Shown here in pieces: positions 8,626-18,123 of a stretch of 40,000 bases of DNA; the stretch's first letter is position 1; the number at the start of each line of letters is the position of its first letter. The DNA lies in assembly GCA_903933115.1 (NCBI GenBank), contig CAIZIT010000016.1:7100-47099 (forward strand), read 5' to 3'. Source of the stretch: an uncultured Burkholderiales bacterium (GTDB taxonomy: Bacteria; Pseudomonadota; Gammaproteobacteria; Burkholderiales; Burkholderiaceae_C). The position numbers and the translations under genes are program-made. The notes under the pieces were generated by a model. It was not told the origin of the DNA and ran no database searches. It was given only the letters and a program-made list of their open reading frames with translations.

Positions 8626-9489
8626 TCAAAGGGGAAGATTTTTCTTCAACCAAGTGCTGACCAATTCAATCACCATGGTGTTGCCCTCACCCAAGATAAA
8701 GTGATCCGTGTTGGCAAACAGATGAAGATCTGTAGGCTGACCCGCATGAGCAAACAAGTCAATGGACTGCTCAGTGGGTGTGACCGTATCGTTGGAGGGG
8801 TGCAAGAGCAACAAAGGCCTTGGCGCGATTTGACCCACCACCTCGTTGGCCTTGAAATTGAACATGCTCTCGACCACTTCGTAGGGAAACTCCGTGATGG
8901 AGCCAGGAGAGAGTTGATCTCTCAGTCCAGGTTGAATGGGCACGATGTCGTAGCGAGGCACCATCATGGACTCACCTTTGGCCAATTTGGCTCTGCCCGT
9001 GCTCATCATGTCCGTGAATTTTTTCCACTGAGCGTCGCTGGCATGCTGCTTTCTGAATTTCTTCTCACCATCTCCCCACCCTCCGGTGGAAATACAAGCG
9101 GCGATCCTTTTGTCCACACCAGCGGCATAAACTGCAACTGCTGCTCCAAAACTATGCCCCATGACACCAATTCGACCCTGATCAACTTGATCTTGAGTGC
9201 ATAAGAAATCAATGGCCGCTTGGGTGTCCTTGACCTGCTCCAAACAAATGACTCGGCCGCGCTCACCTTCAGAGTCTCCACAACCCCTCATATCAAATCT
9301 GAGCGTGATGTAACCCAATGAAGAAAAAAGCTCAAAGGCGGCCTTTGAGATCCCGCCATTTTTATTGCTACCAAATCCGTGCAAAACCACCACAGCGGCC
9401 CTCTTTTCACCTGCTTTCAGGTCATCGGGGATGTGGATGACGGCTGCCATGCGATGGTTTTCTGAGGAAAAAGAGACGTCCTTTTGCAT
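8626..9489 (-). CDS. Alpha/beta-fold hydrolase
   Basis: VVVLHGFGSNK, nucleophile elbow GVMGHSFGAA, late acidic residue in HPSNDTV, and His in NTDHF. 287 aa. Confidence 0.8.
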   Translation of the reverse strand: MQKDVSFSSENHRMAAVIHIPDDLKAGEKRAAVVVLHGFGSNKNGGISKAAFELFSSLGYITLRFDMRGCGDSEGERGRVICLEQVKDTQAAIDFLCTQDQVDQGRIGVMGHSFGAAVAVYAAGVDKRIAACISTGGWGDGEKKFRKQHASDAQWKKFTDMMSTGRAKLAKGESMMVPRYDIVPIQPGLRDQLSPGSITEFPYEVVESMFNFKANEVVGQIAPRPLLLLHPSNDTVTPTEQSIDLFAHAGQPTDLHLFANTDHFILGEGNTMVIELVSTWLKKNLPL

Positions 9490-9615
9490 TCAATGCTCCG
9501 TAAGTAAAGTGGGGGTTCAATCAAAAATTCAAGTTTTTGATTTTCGTTCAAAAAAAACAGTTTATGGAGTTTTGAGAGTTAGAAAAACTCAATGAAAACC
9601 CCACTACACATTGTC

Positions 9616-10563
9616 TCAAATGTGCTCGTGAGGCCATAACAAGAAGAACTCATTGTCTTCTCTGGTCAAACTGACACGCTGCCCGACGGGTAAACACACT
9701 TTCACTGGAACATGGCCAAATGGCAAATCCGTCAAAATGGGGGTCTTGACTTGGGAGCGCAAATAGCTGACCACCTTTGAAAAGTTGAAACCTTTGTCAT
9801 GTGCGTTCAAAGCATAACGATTGAATTGTCCAAGCACAATGGCCTTTTGGTCTTTGAGAATGCCTGCATTCAAGAGTTGCCCAAGCATTCGCTCGATTCG
9901 GTAAGGATGCTCAGCGGTGTCTTCCAAAAATAGCACTCCCCCTTTGATGCTCGGAAAATATGGGGTTCCCAAGAGGGCACACAACACGCTCAAGTTCCCA
10001 CCCCAAAGCGTGGCATCCTTGGCTAAAACCGAAGTCTGGGCGACTTTTGCAGAGGAGTCCGATAAAAAACTCTGAAGAGCACTTTTTTTGATAGACCACC
10101 CTGCCCCTTCCACTTGTGCACTCAACAAGTCCTCTAAGCAACCCAATGTGATGTCATCGGGCTCATCAAGTGCCAAATCGTCCATCAAGGCAGGCCCTGC
10201 CCAACTCACTTGCTGAGTCTTGCTGAAAACAGCCAATTGGAAGGCTGTGAAGTCACTGAACCCTACAAATTTAGTGCCTCTTTGAATAGACTTCTTGATT
10301 TTGGTGTAATTCAAATGGGGCAACAACCGGGTCAGGCCATATCCGCCTCTCGATATCAAGGCCACATCACATGCACTTTCACAAGCGCGATCAATGGCCG
10401 ATAAACGAGTGGCATCATCCCCTGCAAAACGCTCGTGGCTGCTTAAAGCACTGGGATCGATGTGCACATCATGGCCCAGGGACTTCAAAACAGAGACCCC
10501 TTTGGCGAAGGCTTTACGGTCCCTGACAGCACCACTCGGTGAAAAAACATAAATACTGGACAT
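9616..10563 (-). CDS. ldcA: LD-carboxypeptidase (peptidase S66, muramoyltetrapeptide carboxypeptidase)
   Basis: MSSIYVFSPSGAV..., FVGFSDFTAF (Ser), FLEDTAEHPYRIERMLGQL (Glu), LPFGH (His). I placed the start at ATG 10563 rather than the ORF-track 10674. The longer form would overlap the divergent J-domain gene. Confidence 0.75.
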   Translation of the reverse strand: MSSIYVFSPSGAVRDRKAFAKGVSVLKSLGHDVHIDPSALSSHERFAGDDATRLSAIDRACESACDVALISRGGYGLTRLLPHLNYTKIKKSIQRGTKFVGFSDFTAFQLAVFSKTQQVSWAGPALMDDLALDEPDDITLGCLEDLLSAQVEGAGWSIKKSALQSFLSDSSAKVAQTSVLAKDATLWGGNLSVLCALLGTPYFPSIKGGVLFLEDTAEHPYRIERMLGQLLNAGILKDQKAIVLGQFNRYALNAHDKGFNFSKVVSYLRSQVKTPILTDLPFGHVPVKVCLPVGQRVSLTREDNEFFLLWPHEHI

Positions 10564-10666
10564 GGAGCAAAACCTTTTGGTACTTTTTAAATGATAATTC
10601 GTATAAAAACAAAGACTATCATACAGCCATAGTCCTTGATTAAAAAAACATTCTTTCGCATTTGCA

Positions 10667-11278
10667 ATGACCAAAACTCTTTATCAAGTTCTTGGACTTG
10701 ATCCCTCTGCCGAGGACATTGTTGTTCGAGCTGCCTTCAAAGCTTTGGCCCAAAAATACCATCCCGACAAACTGAAAGCGGGCTCTGCACAGGGTGCCCA
10801 TTTGATGGTGGATATCAATCTGTCCTACAAAATCCTCAGCAACCCCATCACCAGAAAAAAATACGATCAAGCTCTGATCGATTCCTTGGGCAATGAAACC
10901 GCCCCCGGCAAACCGAACAGCTCATCAGTGCACACCCAACGCTCGCATTACCATCCCACCAGTAAACGTCCGTCAACAGGTAACTCGGGCTCTTTTGGTT
11001 TCAACACCAACACCGCCCCCCCGCAAAGTCCACCTCGGACAGAGGAGCATGAGTACGTCAAACTGATCTCCCGCATCAAAGCCAATGCGGTCGATGAAAT
11101 CGAATTGGTCAACCTCTTTGAAAAGCTTTTCAAGTTGCCCTTGACCATTCGACACGGGTACTCTAACACCTACCTTTTCGAAGAAAAAGACAAGCGCTAC
11201 ACCCATGATTTTTCTTCTTTGAAGGAAGTGATTGTTCAGAAGTTGAACTTTGAGTTGACCCGCAACGCTGGGACCTGA
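10667..11278 (+). CDS. J-domain (DnaJ-like) protein with an uncharacterised C-terminal region
   Basis: LYQVLGLDPSAEDIVVRAAFKALAQKYHPDK carries the HPD motif. There is no Zn-finger/G-F region. The Pro/Ser-rich linker is followed by about 80 aa of unknown sequence. Confidence 0.8.
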   Translation: MTKTLYQVLGLDPSAEDIVVRAAFKALAQKYHPDKLKAGSAQGAHLMVDINLSYKILSNPITRKKYDQALIDSLGNETAPGKPNSSSVHTQRSHYHPTSKRPSTGNSGSFGFNTNTAPPQSPPRTEEHEYVKLISRIKANAVDEIELVNLFEKLFKLPLTIRHGYSNTYLFEEKDKRYTHDFSSLKEVIVQKLNFELTRNAGT

Positions 11279-11298
11279 GGGCTTCAATGGCGAAGGCT

Positions 11299-11745
11299 TC
11301 AAGGCACGACGCAAGGCCCTTCAAAATTCACGCGAACCGTGTTTTGTTTCAGTTCAACATCATGAAAACCATGCACCCGTGCGGTTTTTCTATCGATTGT
11401 GATTTCTGATTGTTGTCCTGTGGCGCGGTCCTTGATCCGTGCACCAATTCGGTACTCATTGGACAGATTGGTGCCTAAAAATTTTTCAGTCTCTATGCTA
11501 TTGACGCGCATGGCATAAATTTTGGGCTCTTTGATCAGAAAGTAAATGTTTTTTCCAATCACTTGAGCCTCCATCTCAATGGAGGTTGTTTTGATGACCT
11601 TGTCATTCAAAACAGGCACAACCCCATCAATATCGCAATGAACAAGATATGTCTGGGCTGATGCAGATGGATCGAATAAGAAACAACACACAGTGAGAGC
11701 CACAAGTGCTCCATTTCTGACGATGCATTCGACGAATTGACGCAT
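11299..11745 (-). CDS. Hypothetical exported protein
   Basis: 148-aa ORF with a hydrophobic N-terminus ending SASAQ. I recognise no family motif. Confidence 0.45.
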   Translation of the reverse strand: MRQFVECIVRNGALVALTVCCFLFDPSASAQTYLVHCDIDGVVPVLNDKVIKTTSIEMEAQVIGKNIYFLIKEPKIYAMRVNSIETEKFLGTNLSNEYRIGARIKDRATGQQSEITIDRKTARVHGFHDVELKQNTVRVNFEGPCVVP

Positions 11746-11762
11746 GACACAAGAGAAAAAAG

Positions 11763-11792
11763 ACTAAAAAAATGGCCTGAAAAATTCAGGCC
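11763..11792 (-). terminator. Rho-independent terminator downstream of the K+ channel gene
   Basis: GGCCTGAA (11774-11781) pairs with TTCAGGCC (11785-11792) around a 3-nt loop. On the minus strand the hairpin is followed by ATTTTTTTAG. Confidence 0.75.
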
Positions 11793-11821
11793 ACTTGATT
11801 AAAAAGAGATTCTAGACCCGC

Positions 11822-12853
11822 TTAGAGGTGCTTGAGCCTATCTTTGATTTCATCTTCACTCATGTTCTCAACCTGAGCTGATCGTTCTTTGCTGATCCAG
11901 TTGCGCTTGACCATCAAATTGAGAATGGTGTCGCGCTTTGCAGAAGGCTCATCTTCCATCACATGCTCACCGAAGAGCATGACCATGATGGTTTTGCCGA
12001 CGATGTTCAATAAAATACCAAAAAGAACCAATCCGAATAACATGGTGAAGCAAGCAATGATGCGTCCACCTGCGGTCAATGGGAACATATCACCATAGCC
12101 CGTCGTGGTCAAAGTGACCATACACCACCACATGGCAGCAGGAATAGAAGTGTAAAAACGCTTGTCCTCAGGTATGGGGTTGCCACTGATGGGATCGGTG
12201 GGCATGAATTTGGAGGCCTCAGGGGGGGAGTTCTCAGGTAAGGGGTTGGCTTTGATTTCTGCATCCAAGGCAGCTTGACCTGCAGACAATGCCTCAGCCG
12301 AATACAGATTGCCCTCAACGTAGAACATCAAGGTGCTGGAGATCATCACCACAGAGAACAAGGCAATGAAGTAGATCTTGAGGTTGGTCAAGATCGGGTT
12401 CTTGCTTGCGCCAGCACTCATGATCTTTTGCACCGCGATTCTGGCCATTTTCAAAACCCGAAGCACCCTCACCACACGAAGGACCCTAAGGACCTTGGTG
12501 CCTTGGAGGCTGGAGAGGTTCAAGAATTGAAGGAAGGTCGGCAAAATTGAAATCAGATCCACCAAGCCCCAAAAACTAAAGAAATACTTGACGCGGTCTT
12601 TGGCGAAATACAAGTTGCCAAGGTAGTCGAAAGTAAAGAACGTCACCGCAATGATCTCAATCCAATGAAAAACATCAGCATGGACTGTCGCATAAGGCTC
12701 AAGGGTCTCGCCTGCCAATGACAAACAGGACACAAAAATCCAAAAATTGATGATGTTGACCCACACATTGAAAATGAAACTGTGAGGATCTGTAAAGATT
12801 TGTTCAACGAGACCTGCATTCTCGTTATTGGAAACCGCTGAATTCATGGACAC
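11822..12853 (-). CDS. Voltage-gated (6TM, Kv-type) potassium channel
   Basis: S4 segment KVLRVLRVVRVLRVLKMAR has a basic residue at every third position. Selectivity filter is TLTTTGYGD. There is a long Pro-rich S5-pore loop. Confidence 0.85.
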   Translation of the reverse strand: MSMNSAVSNNENAGLVEQIFTDPHSFIFNVWVNIINFWIFVSCLSLAGETLEPYATVHADVFHWIEIIAVTFFTFDYLGNLYFAKDRVKYFFSFWGLVDLISILPTFLQFLNLSSLQGTKVLRVLRVVRVLRVLKMARIAVQKIMSAGASKNPILTNLKIYFIALFSVVMISSTLMFYVEGNLYSAEALSAGQAALDAEIKANPLPENSPPEASKFMPTDPISGNPIPEDKRFYTSIPAAMWWCMVTLTTTGYGDMFPLTAGGRIIACFTMLFGLVLFGILLNIVGKTIMVMLFGEHVMEDEPSAKRDTILNLMVKRNWISKERSAQVENMSEDEIKDRLKHL

Positions 12854-13032
12854 CTCTGAAAGGAAAGTTCTCTGAAAAAATACAATGTAAAGTTATTTTC
12901 CTTCAAATGACCCTTTTGTCATCTAGAGAAAAACGATGAGTGTAATGAAAAAATAATCATATTGATCATTTTTTATTCAGTTCTTGCGTGATTGTGCAAA
13001 AAACAGATCAATATGTAAGTCAAGAGTAAGCC

Positions 13033-13977
13033 TCAAGGCCGGATACTTTGCAGCAATGCCGCCCCAAACGACGACCATGCAATGATCAGGGGTGAGAGGA
13101 CAGCGAAAACACAAGTTGAGACCAGTACAGCAGCAGCGGCTGTGTCCCCATAATGCGTCAGCCGATCGGTGTAAATGTAGTTCACCACAGCCACAGGCAT
13201 CAAGAGCTGGAGCATGATGACCTCGCTGGTCAGGATGGGGAAATCTGAAAAATAAATCACGATGGCTCCCCCTAAGGCACCCACGACCAAGCGCACGAGT
13301 CCCAACTTGGCGCCCTCCTTCAAACGAGACTTTTGCAGCACAGACAAGGCATACCCTAAACTGATGAGCATCAAGGGCACGGCCAATGAGCCCACCAATT
13401 TCGCAGTCCCCAAAATGGGAGCAGGCACTTGGATATCGAGTGAGCGAATCACAACGGCAGAAACGCCGACAACCGCTACGCCGAAGGGGAAATTGTGCTT
13501 GGTCGAACTTTTTTTATGATTGGCCCAGGCCAAAAAACTCACGCCAACGGTGTGCTGCATGAAGGAAAAAATAGCAAAAAACGTCACGGCAATGACCATG
13601 CCCTGATCGCCATAGGACATTTGAGCCATGGGTAAGCCCAAATTGCCCGCGTTCGGAAAAGTGGCACAGGGGAGCAAAAACAAAATCGGTAAACGCGTGA
13701 TTTTCAACAAAACACAAGCAATGAGTGCCATCACCACCACCGACACCACCGCAGCCAATCCCACCTTCAACAACAGAGCATTGTCCATGCTTGTGGTGAC
13801 CAGGGTGTAAAAGACCAAGGATGGCGTTGCAAAGGAGATCGCCACTTGTGAGATGAATTCACTGGGAAAGACTTTACCGAGCTTTCCCCAGTAAAAACCT
13901 ATCGCGGCACAACAGATGACAGGTAAGAGTTGCGCCAGTAAAGACGGATAGGTCGACAACAAATTGAATTCACCCAT
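13033..13977 (-). CDS. AEC-family (auxin efflux carrier-type) membrane transporter
   Basis: 314 aa and polytopic. N-terminus LLAQLLPVICCAAIGFYWGKLGKVFPSEFISQVAISFATPSLVF is typical of Mem_trans/AEC permeases. Confidence 0.7.
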   Translation of the reverse strand: MGEFNLLSTYPSLLAQLLPVICCAAIGFYWGKLGKVFPSEFISQVAISFATPSLVFYTLVTTSMDNALLLKVGLAAVVSVVVMALIACVLLKITRLPILFLLPCATFPNAGNLGLPMAQMSYGDQGMVIAVTFFAIFSFMQHTVGVSFLAWANHKKSSTKHNFPFGVAVVGVSAVVIRSLDIQVPAPILGTAKLVGSLAVPLMLISLGYALSVLQKSRLKEGAKLGLVRLVVGALGGAIVIYFSDFPILTSEVIMLQLLMPVAVVNYIYTDRLTHYGDTAAAAVLVSTCVFAVLSPLIIAWSSFGAALLQSIRP

Positions 13978-13998
13978 GCTTAAAACAGGACCTCAAGA

Positions 13999-14964
13999 TC
14001 AATCGGCCTTGATGTGATTTTCAAGTGCAACTTCCTTCCAGAGTGAGATTTCCGAATTGATCTGCTTGGAAAGTTCCTCCGGTGTGCTGCTTGCAGGAAT
14101 CACAAACAAATTGGCAAACTTTCTTTTGACATCCGGGTTGACCAACACTTTGACCATCTCTTCATGGATTCTTTTCACGATGTCTTTGGGGGTGCCAGCA
14201 GGCGCCAACAATCCCGTCCAAAAGGAAACCCTCAAATCCACGCCCAATTCGCTGAGTGTGGGCACCGTGGGCATTTCTGCCAAGCGCTCCGAGGAGCTCA
14301 CGGCCAACACTTTTGCCCTAGAGGACTGGAGTGCGGGAGAGGCCGCACCCGCATCAACCAAGGTCATGGTCACATCGTTGCTGATCAATGCGGTCACGGA
14401 GTCGTTGCTGCCCTTATAAGGAATGTGTGCAAAACGGGTGCCAAATTTTTTATTCAAAAGCTCTGTGACCAGCTGAAATGCAGATGAGCTGGCACTGTAA
14501 TTGACCTTATCAGGATTCTTCTTGGAAAAGCCAATCAAATCATCCACGGTTTTAAAGGGCTGACTGGAAGAGGTGAGCAAAAGAAGAGGAAAGGTGCAAA
14601 TGAGAGAAATGGGGGTGAAGTCTTGAACAGCGTAAGGCAATTTTGAATAAAGCGCATGGTTAAAAACCATTGGCCCACTGGCACCCATGAGCAAGGTGTA
14701 ACCATCAGGCTTGGCGTGGGAGACATAAGTGGCTCCCACAATGGAGCCCACACCGGCTCGGTTCTCCACCACTACCGGTTGGCCCAAGCCCTGAGACAGC
14801 TTTTCAGCCACGATCCGGGCAATCACATCGCTCGATCCTCCAGCAGAAAAACCCACAACGATCGTGATGGGTTTGTTGGGGTAATCCAGCGCTAAGGAAA
14901 GCTTCGACCAAAGAAGCAAGAAAGCACCCAACACGAAAAACATTTTCATCTTCATTTGTTTCAT
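13999..14964 (-). CDS. Bug/TctC-family substrate-binding protein
   Basis: MKQMKMKMFFVLGAFLLLW signal peptide, then YPNKPITIVVGFSAGGSSDVIARI...ENRAGVGS...AKPDGYTLL...HIPYKGS. The ORF-track start at 15147 adds 61 implausible residues, so I moved the start to ATG 14964. Alternatives are 14955, 14949 and 14943. Confidence 0.88.
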   Translation of the reverse strand: MKQMKMKMFFVLGAFLLLWSKLSLALDYPNKPITIVVGFSAGGSSDVIARIVAEKLSQGLGQPVVVENRAGVGSIVGATYVSHAKPDGYTLLMGASGPMVFNHALYSKLPYAVQDFTPISLICTFPLLLLTSSSQPFKTVDDLIGFSKKNPDKVNYSASSSAFQLVTELLNKKFGTRFAHIPYKGSNDSVTALISNDVTMTLVDAGAASPALQSSRAKVLAVSSSERLAEMPTVPTLSELGVDLRVSFWTGLLAPAGTPKDIVKRIHEEMVKVLVNPDVKRKFANLFVIPASSTPEELSKQINSEISLWKEVALENHIKAD

Positions 14965-15185
14965 CTGTGAAAAGTCAAGAACAGTGCCCTCAAACTTGGT
15001 GAGGAGGGGGGAGATGTGAAAAAAGCGAGAAAAATCAACATGGATCGGAGTAAAGAGCAACACGCCAAGTGAGCTCAGCGCTAGAATGCAAGAACACCGC
15101 TTGGTGAGCCTTTCAACTTGCATTTGTAAGTGACAATCATACCCCAAGCGCCCTGCCCGCTTTCAGCCACAAGACGACACATCCA

Positions 15186-16790
15186 TTGAGTTCAACCACC
15201 AAAGAAGACCAGAGCATTTTTACGCCATTTGAGCAGCCCGTATTTCGCATGCTTTGGGGCTGCTGGTTGGTGGCCAACATTTGCATGTGGATGAACGATG
15301 TGGCAGGTGCATGGATGATGACCTCTATGAACGTCACCCCCATTTGGGTCGCGCTCATTCAATCGGCTTCGACTTTGCCCGTTTTTCTTTTGGGACTGCC
15401 CTGTGGAGCCTTGGCGGATATTTTAGATAGAAGAAAATTCTTGATCTTCACACAGATTTGGATTGCCTTCATTGCGATCATTTTGAGTCTGTTGGTCTTT
15501 TTTGGGAACCTCTCGCCCATCATGCTCATTGCACTGACCTTTTGCAACGGGATTGGTTTGGCCATGCGTTGGCCCGTTTTCTCCTCTGTCGTCCCCGAGT
15601 TGCTCCCCAAATCTCAACTGCCTTCTGGATTGGCATTGAACGCGGTTTCCATGAACACATCGAGGGTTGTTGGACCACTGCTTGCAGGAGCCATCATTGC
15701 TTCTTTGGGAAGCGCGTGGGTTTATGCGCTCAATGCGGTGATGTCAGTCGTCTCTGCCATCATCATGACCACATGGAAGAGGGAGAAAATTGCCAACCCC
15801 CTCGGACGAGAGAAACTTTGGAGTGCCATGCGAGTGGGCGTGCAGTTCATTTCACAGTCCTCACATTTCAAGGGCGTACTGATCCGCATTGCCATTTTCT
15901 TTTTCAGCTCCACCGCCTTGATTGCCCTTTTACCCCTGGTTGCTAAATCCTTGGATGGTGGGGATGCCGGCACTTTCACCATCGTCTTGGCTTGCATGGG
16001 ACTGGGCGCTATTGGTGCGGCGATCTACATCCCGAAACTCAGAATGATGTACTCTCGCGATCAGTTGATCATTCGCGGATGTATCTTACAAACGATCGCG
16101 ATGGTGATCATTGCCTTTAACCACATCCCCATCATCACCATGGTGTGCATGTGTTTGGCAGGGGCGGCGTGGATCTCTACAGCCAACACGCTCAGCGTGT
16201 CGGCCCAACTGGGTTTACCCGACTGGGTCAGGGCCAGGGGGATGTCCACCTACCAAATGGCCATCATGGGATCCTCTGCATTTGGAGCTGCACTTTGGGG
16301 TCAAGTGGCCACCATGACCTCCGTGCCCGTGAGCCTGACACTGGCAGCTTTGGCTGGGCTCCTGGGGACCTTTTTGGTCAACCACTTCAGACCCGATGCA
16401 GGCCTTGAGGATGATTTGACCCCCTCACATGCACTGATCCCTCCCACACACCCCAAACCCCCTCAAGTGGGGCACATCATGATGACCATTGAGTACATCA
16501 TTGACCCCAAGAAGTCAGAAGCTTTTCTCCTACTGATGCAAGAAAGCCGAAGGAGTCGATTGAGACACGGCGCATTGAGGTGGGAACTTCTGCACGATGT
16601 GGCTCGCCCTGAACGCTATGTGGAGGTGGTGGAGGATGAATCTTGGAACGATCATTTGCGCAGATTTGACCGCATGTCAGAATCCGACGTCACCATCAGA
16701 GACCGCAAAATGGCTTTTCACACCCTGGAGTCTCCTCCCATCGTGAACCGTTATTTGATGGAGAGCACGGCCAGCAGTGTTTTGCACTGA
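15186..16790 (+). CDS. MFS transporter, MFS_3 (EntS/transmembrane secretion effector-like) type with a C-terminal soluble extension
   Basis: FRMLWGCWLVANICMWMNDVAGAWMM followed by about 12 TM segments. C-terminal ~100 aa (MTIEYIIDPKK...WNDHLRRFDRMSESD). TTG start, so the exact start is uncertain. Confidence 0.75.
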   Translation: MSSTTKEDQSIFTPFEQPVFRMLWGCWLVANICMWMNDVAGAWMMTSMNVTPIWVALIQSASTLPVFLLGLPCGALADILDRRKFLIFTQIWIAFIAIILSLLVFFGNLSPIMLIALTFCNGIGLAMRWPVFSSVVPELLPKSQLPSGLALNAVSMNTSRVVGPLLAGAIIASLGSAWVYALNAVMSVVSAIIMTTWKREKIANPLGREKLWSAMRVGVQFISQSSHFKGVLIRIAIFFFSSTALIALLPLVAKSLDGGDAGTFTIVLACMGLGAIGAAIYIPKLRMMYSRDQLIIRGCILQTIAMVIIAFNHIPIITMVCMCLAGAAWISTANTLSVSAQLGLPDWVRARGMSTYQMAIMGSSAFGAALWGQVATMTSVPVSLTLAALAGLLGTFLVNHFRPDAGLEDDLTPSHALIPPTHPKPPQVGHIMMTIEYIIDPKKSEAFLLLMQESRRSRLRHGALRWELLHDVARPERYVEVVEDESWNDHLRRFDRMSESDVTIRDRKMAFHTLESPPIVNRYLMESTASSVLH

Positions 16791-16799
16791 GTCAAAACC

Positions 16800-16816
16800 G
16801 ACCCGTTGAACGGGTC
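16800..16816. terminator. Hairpin between convergent genes (MFS + / TctC -)
   Basis: GACCCG-ttgaa-CGGGTC. Only short or offset T-runs flank it on both sides. Confidence 0.4.
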
Positions 16817-16832
16817 TGGCCCATCCTTTTTC

Positions 16833-17837
16833 TCAATTGTCCATTTTGAGCTTGGCGTCAGTCACCAAACGCTCAAATTTAACCGCTTCACTCGAGACGT
16901 AGGTGGTGAACTCTTGCGAGCTGTTTGCAGGTACAGCCAAACTGTCCTTTTCCATCTGGGCCTTCACTTCAGGCAGAGCAAGGATTTGATTGATTTCTTT
17001 GTTTAAACTTTGAACGATATTTTTGGGTGTTCCCGCGGGAGCAAACAATCCCCCCCATAAAGAGTAATTGAAGCCTGGGAAAACGGTTTCGGACAGCGTG
17101 GGCACCTGGGGCAAGGAGTTCATGCGGTGTGGGGTGCTGACGGCCAAGGCTTTGAGTTTTCCGCCTTTGACTTGAGGCATGGCAGCAGATGCGCTGCTGA
17201 AGAAAAAGTCTAACCTTTGTGACATCAAATCGGCCATCAAAGGACCAACGCCTTTGTAGGGCACGTGAACCATCTCTGATTTGATACCCAAAGAGAGTGC
17301 GGTGGCAGCCAAGTGCCCTGGTGTACCCGCCCCCACACTACCAAAACTCAATTGACCCGGCTTGGTTTTGGCCAACTCCACCAGCTGATTGACGGAGTTG
17401 ATGGGTGAGTCGGCTGAGACCAAGAGCACCAGCGGGGCATTGCCAATCAAGACCACTGGAATAAAGTCTTTGATGGGATCAAAACCCAAATCCTTCATCA
17501 TGGCCCGGTTGACCACCATCTCTCCCGTTTGACCCAGAAAAAGCGTATAGCCGTCGTTTTTGGATTTGGCCGCCAATCGAGTCCCAACGACGCCAGAAAC
17601 TCCTGGACGGTTGTCCACCACCACGGATTGCTTGTAGATTTGACTCAAACGATCAGAAATGATTCTTGCAAAAGCGTCCCCCTGCCCGCCAGGTGCATAG
17701 GCCACAACGATGGTGATGGGTTTACTGGGGTACTCGGCCTCATTGGCTTTCGCCAAAAAGGACGCCAGCCCTAAAAAAAGCATGACCAAGGCCATGAAGG
17801 GCTTGGTTTTTTTGAAGAAATGTGTGCTCGTGATCAT
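16833..17837 (-). CDS. Bug/TctC-family substrate-binding protein
   Basis: MITSTHFFKKTKPFMALVMLFLGLASFLAKA signal peptide, then YPSKPITIVVAYAPGGQGDAFARI...VDNRPGVSG...HVPYKGVGP. Start moved to ATG 17837. Confidence 0.88.
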   Translation of the reverse strand: MITSTHFFKKTKPFMALVMLFLGLASFLAKANEAEYPSKPITIVVAYAPGGQGDAFARIISDRLSQIYKQSVVVDNRPGVSGVVGTRLAAKSKNDGYTLFLGQTGEMVVNRAMMKDLGFDPIKDFIPVVLIGNAPLVLLVSADSPINSVNQLVELAKTKPGQLSFGSVGAGTPGHLAATALSLGIKSEMVHVPYKGVGPLMADLMSQRLDFFFSSASAAMPQVKGGKLKALAVSTPHRMNSLPQVPTLSETVFPGFNYSLWGGLFAPAGTPKNIVQSLNKEINQILALPEVKAQMEKDSLAVPANSSQEFTTYVSSEAVKFERLVTDAKLKMDN

Positions 17838-18123
17838 CTGGAACTTTCCTGGTATTTCAGCTTGTTCCTGGAGGAACAAGTCTTAGTAAATTGTTGGTGG
17901 GTATTTTCACACAAAGACCATCACCCATTGGGCGAGAGGCGATGATTTTTAAAGTATCCCTCTCGAAGCCAACTCCCCTAGGGAAAGCCAATCTGTTCAA
18001 ACCATTATCCGTCAGGTATAAATCATGGGTCAACAGCGGACAGGCTTGAGCCTCAACAAGCACTTGACTTGATGTGCAGTCCGAATGTTTGCGTATTAAC
18101 TTCAACTCAACAGGAGCACTGGT

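Noticed and set aside
7851-8660. 269-aa plus-strand ORF, plus similar long antisense ORFs: 17857..18504 (-), 21562..22137 (-), 2458..2874 (-), 15458..15946 (+).
   Set aside because: Each lies entirely antisense or out of frame within a gene that has clear family motifs (TctC, FAH, TonB receptor, MFS). Their translations are low-complexity, H/Q/R/G-rich, and have no recognisable domain. These are typical shadow ORFs.
9616-10674. N-terminally extended ORF-track versions of several genes: ldcA to 10674, TctC to 15147, TctC to 17879, TctC to 34386, GST to 39261.
   Set aside because: The extensions precede obvious signal peptides or conserved N-termini, overlap neighbouring genes or divergent starts, and have non-protein-like composition. 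Internal ATGs give family-typical N-termini.
12222-12228. Homopolymer runs of 7 inside genes, considered as phase-variation switches: G7 in the K+ channel loop, C7 at about 11015-11021 in the J-domain gene, and C7 at about 17051-17057 in a TctC gene.
   Set aside because: The runs are short and encode Pro/Gly stretches that fit their protein context. No frameshifted continuation ORFs are evident.
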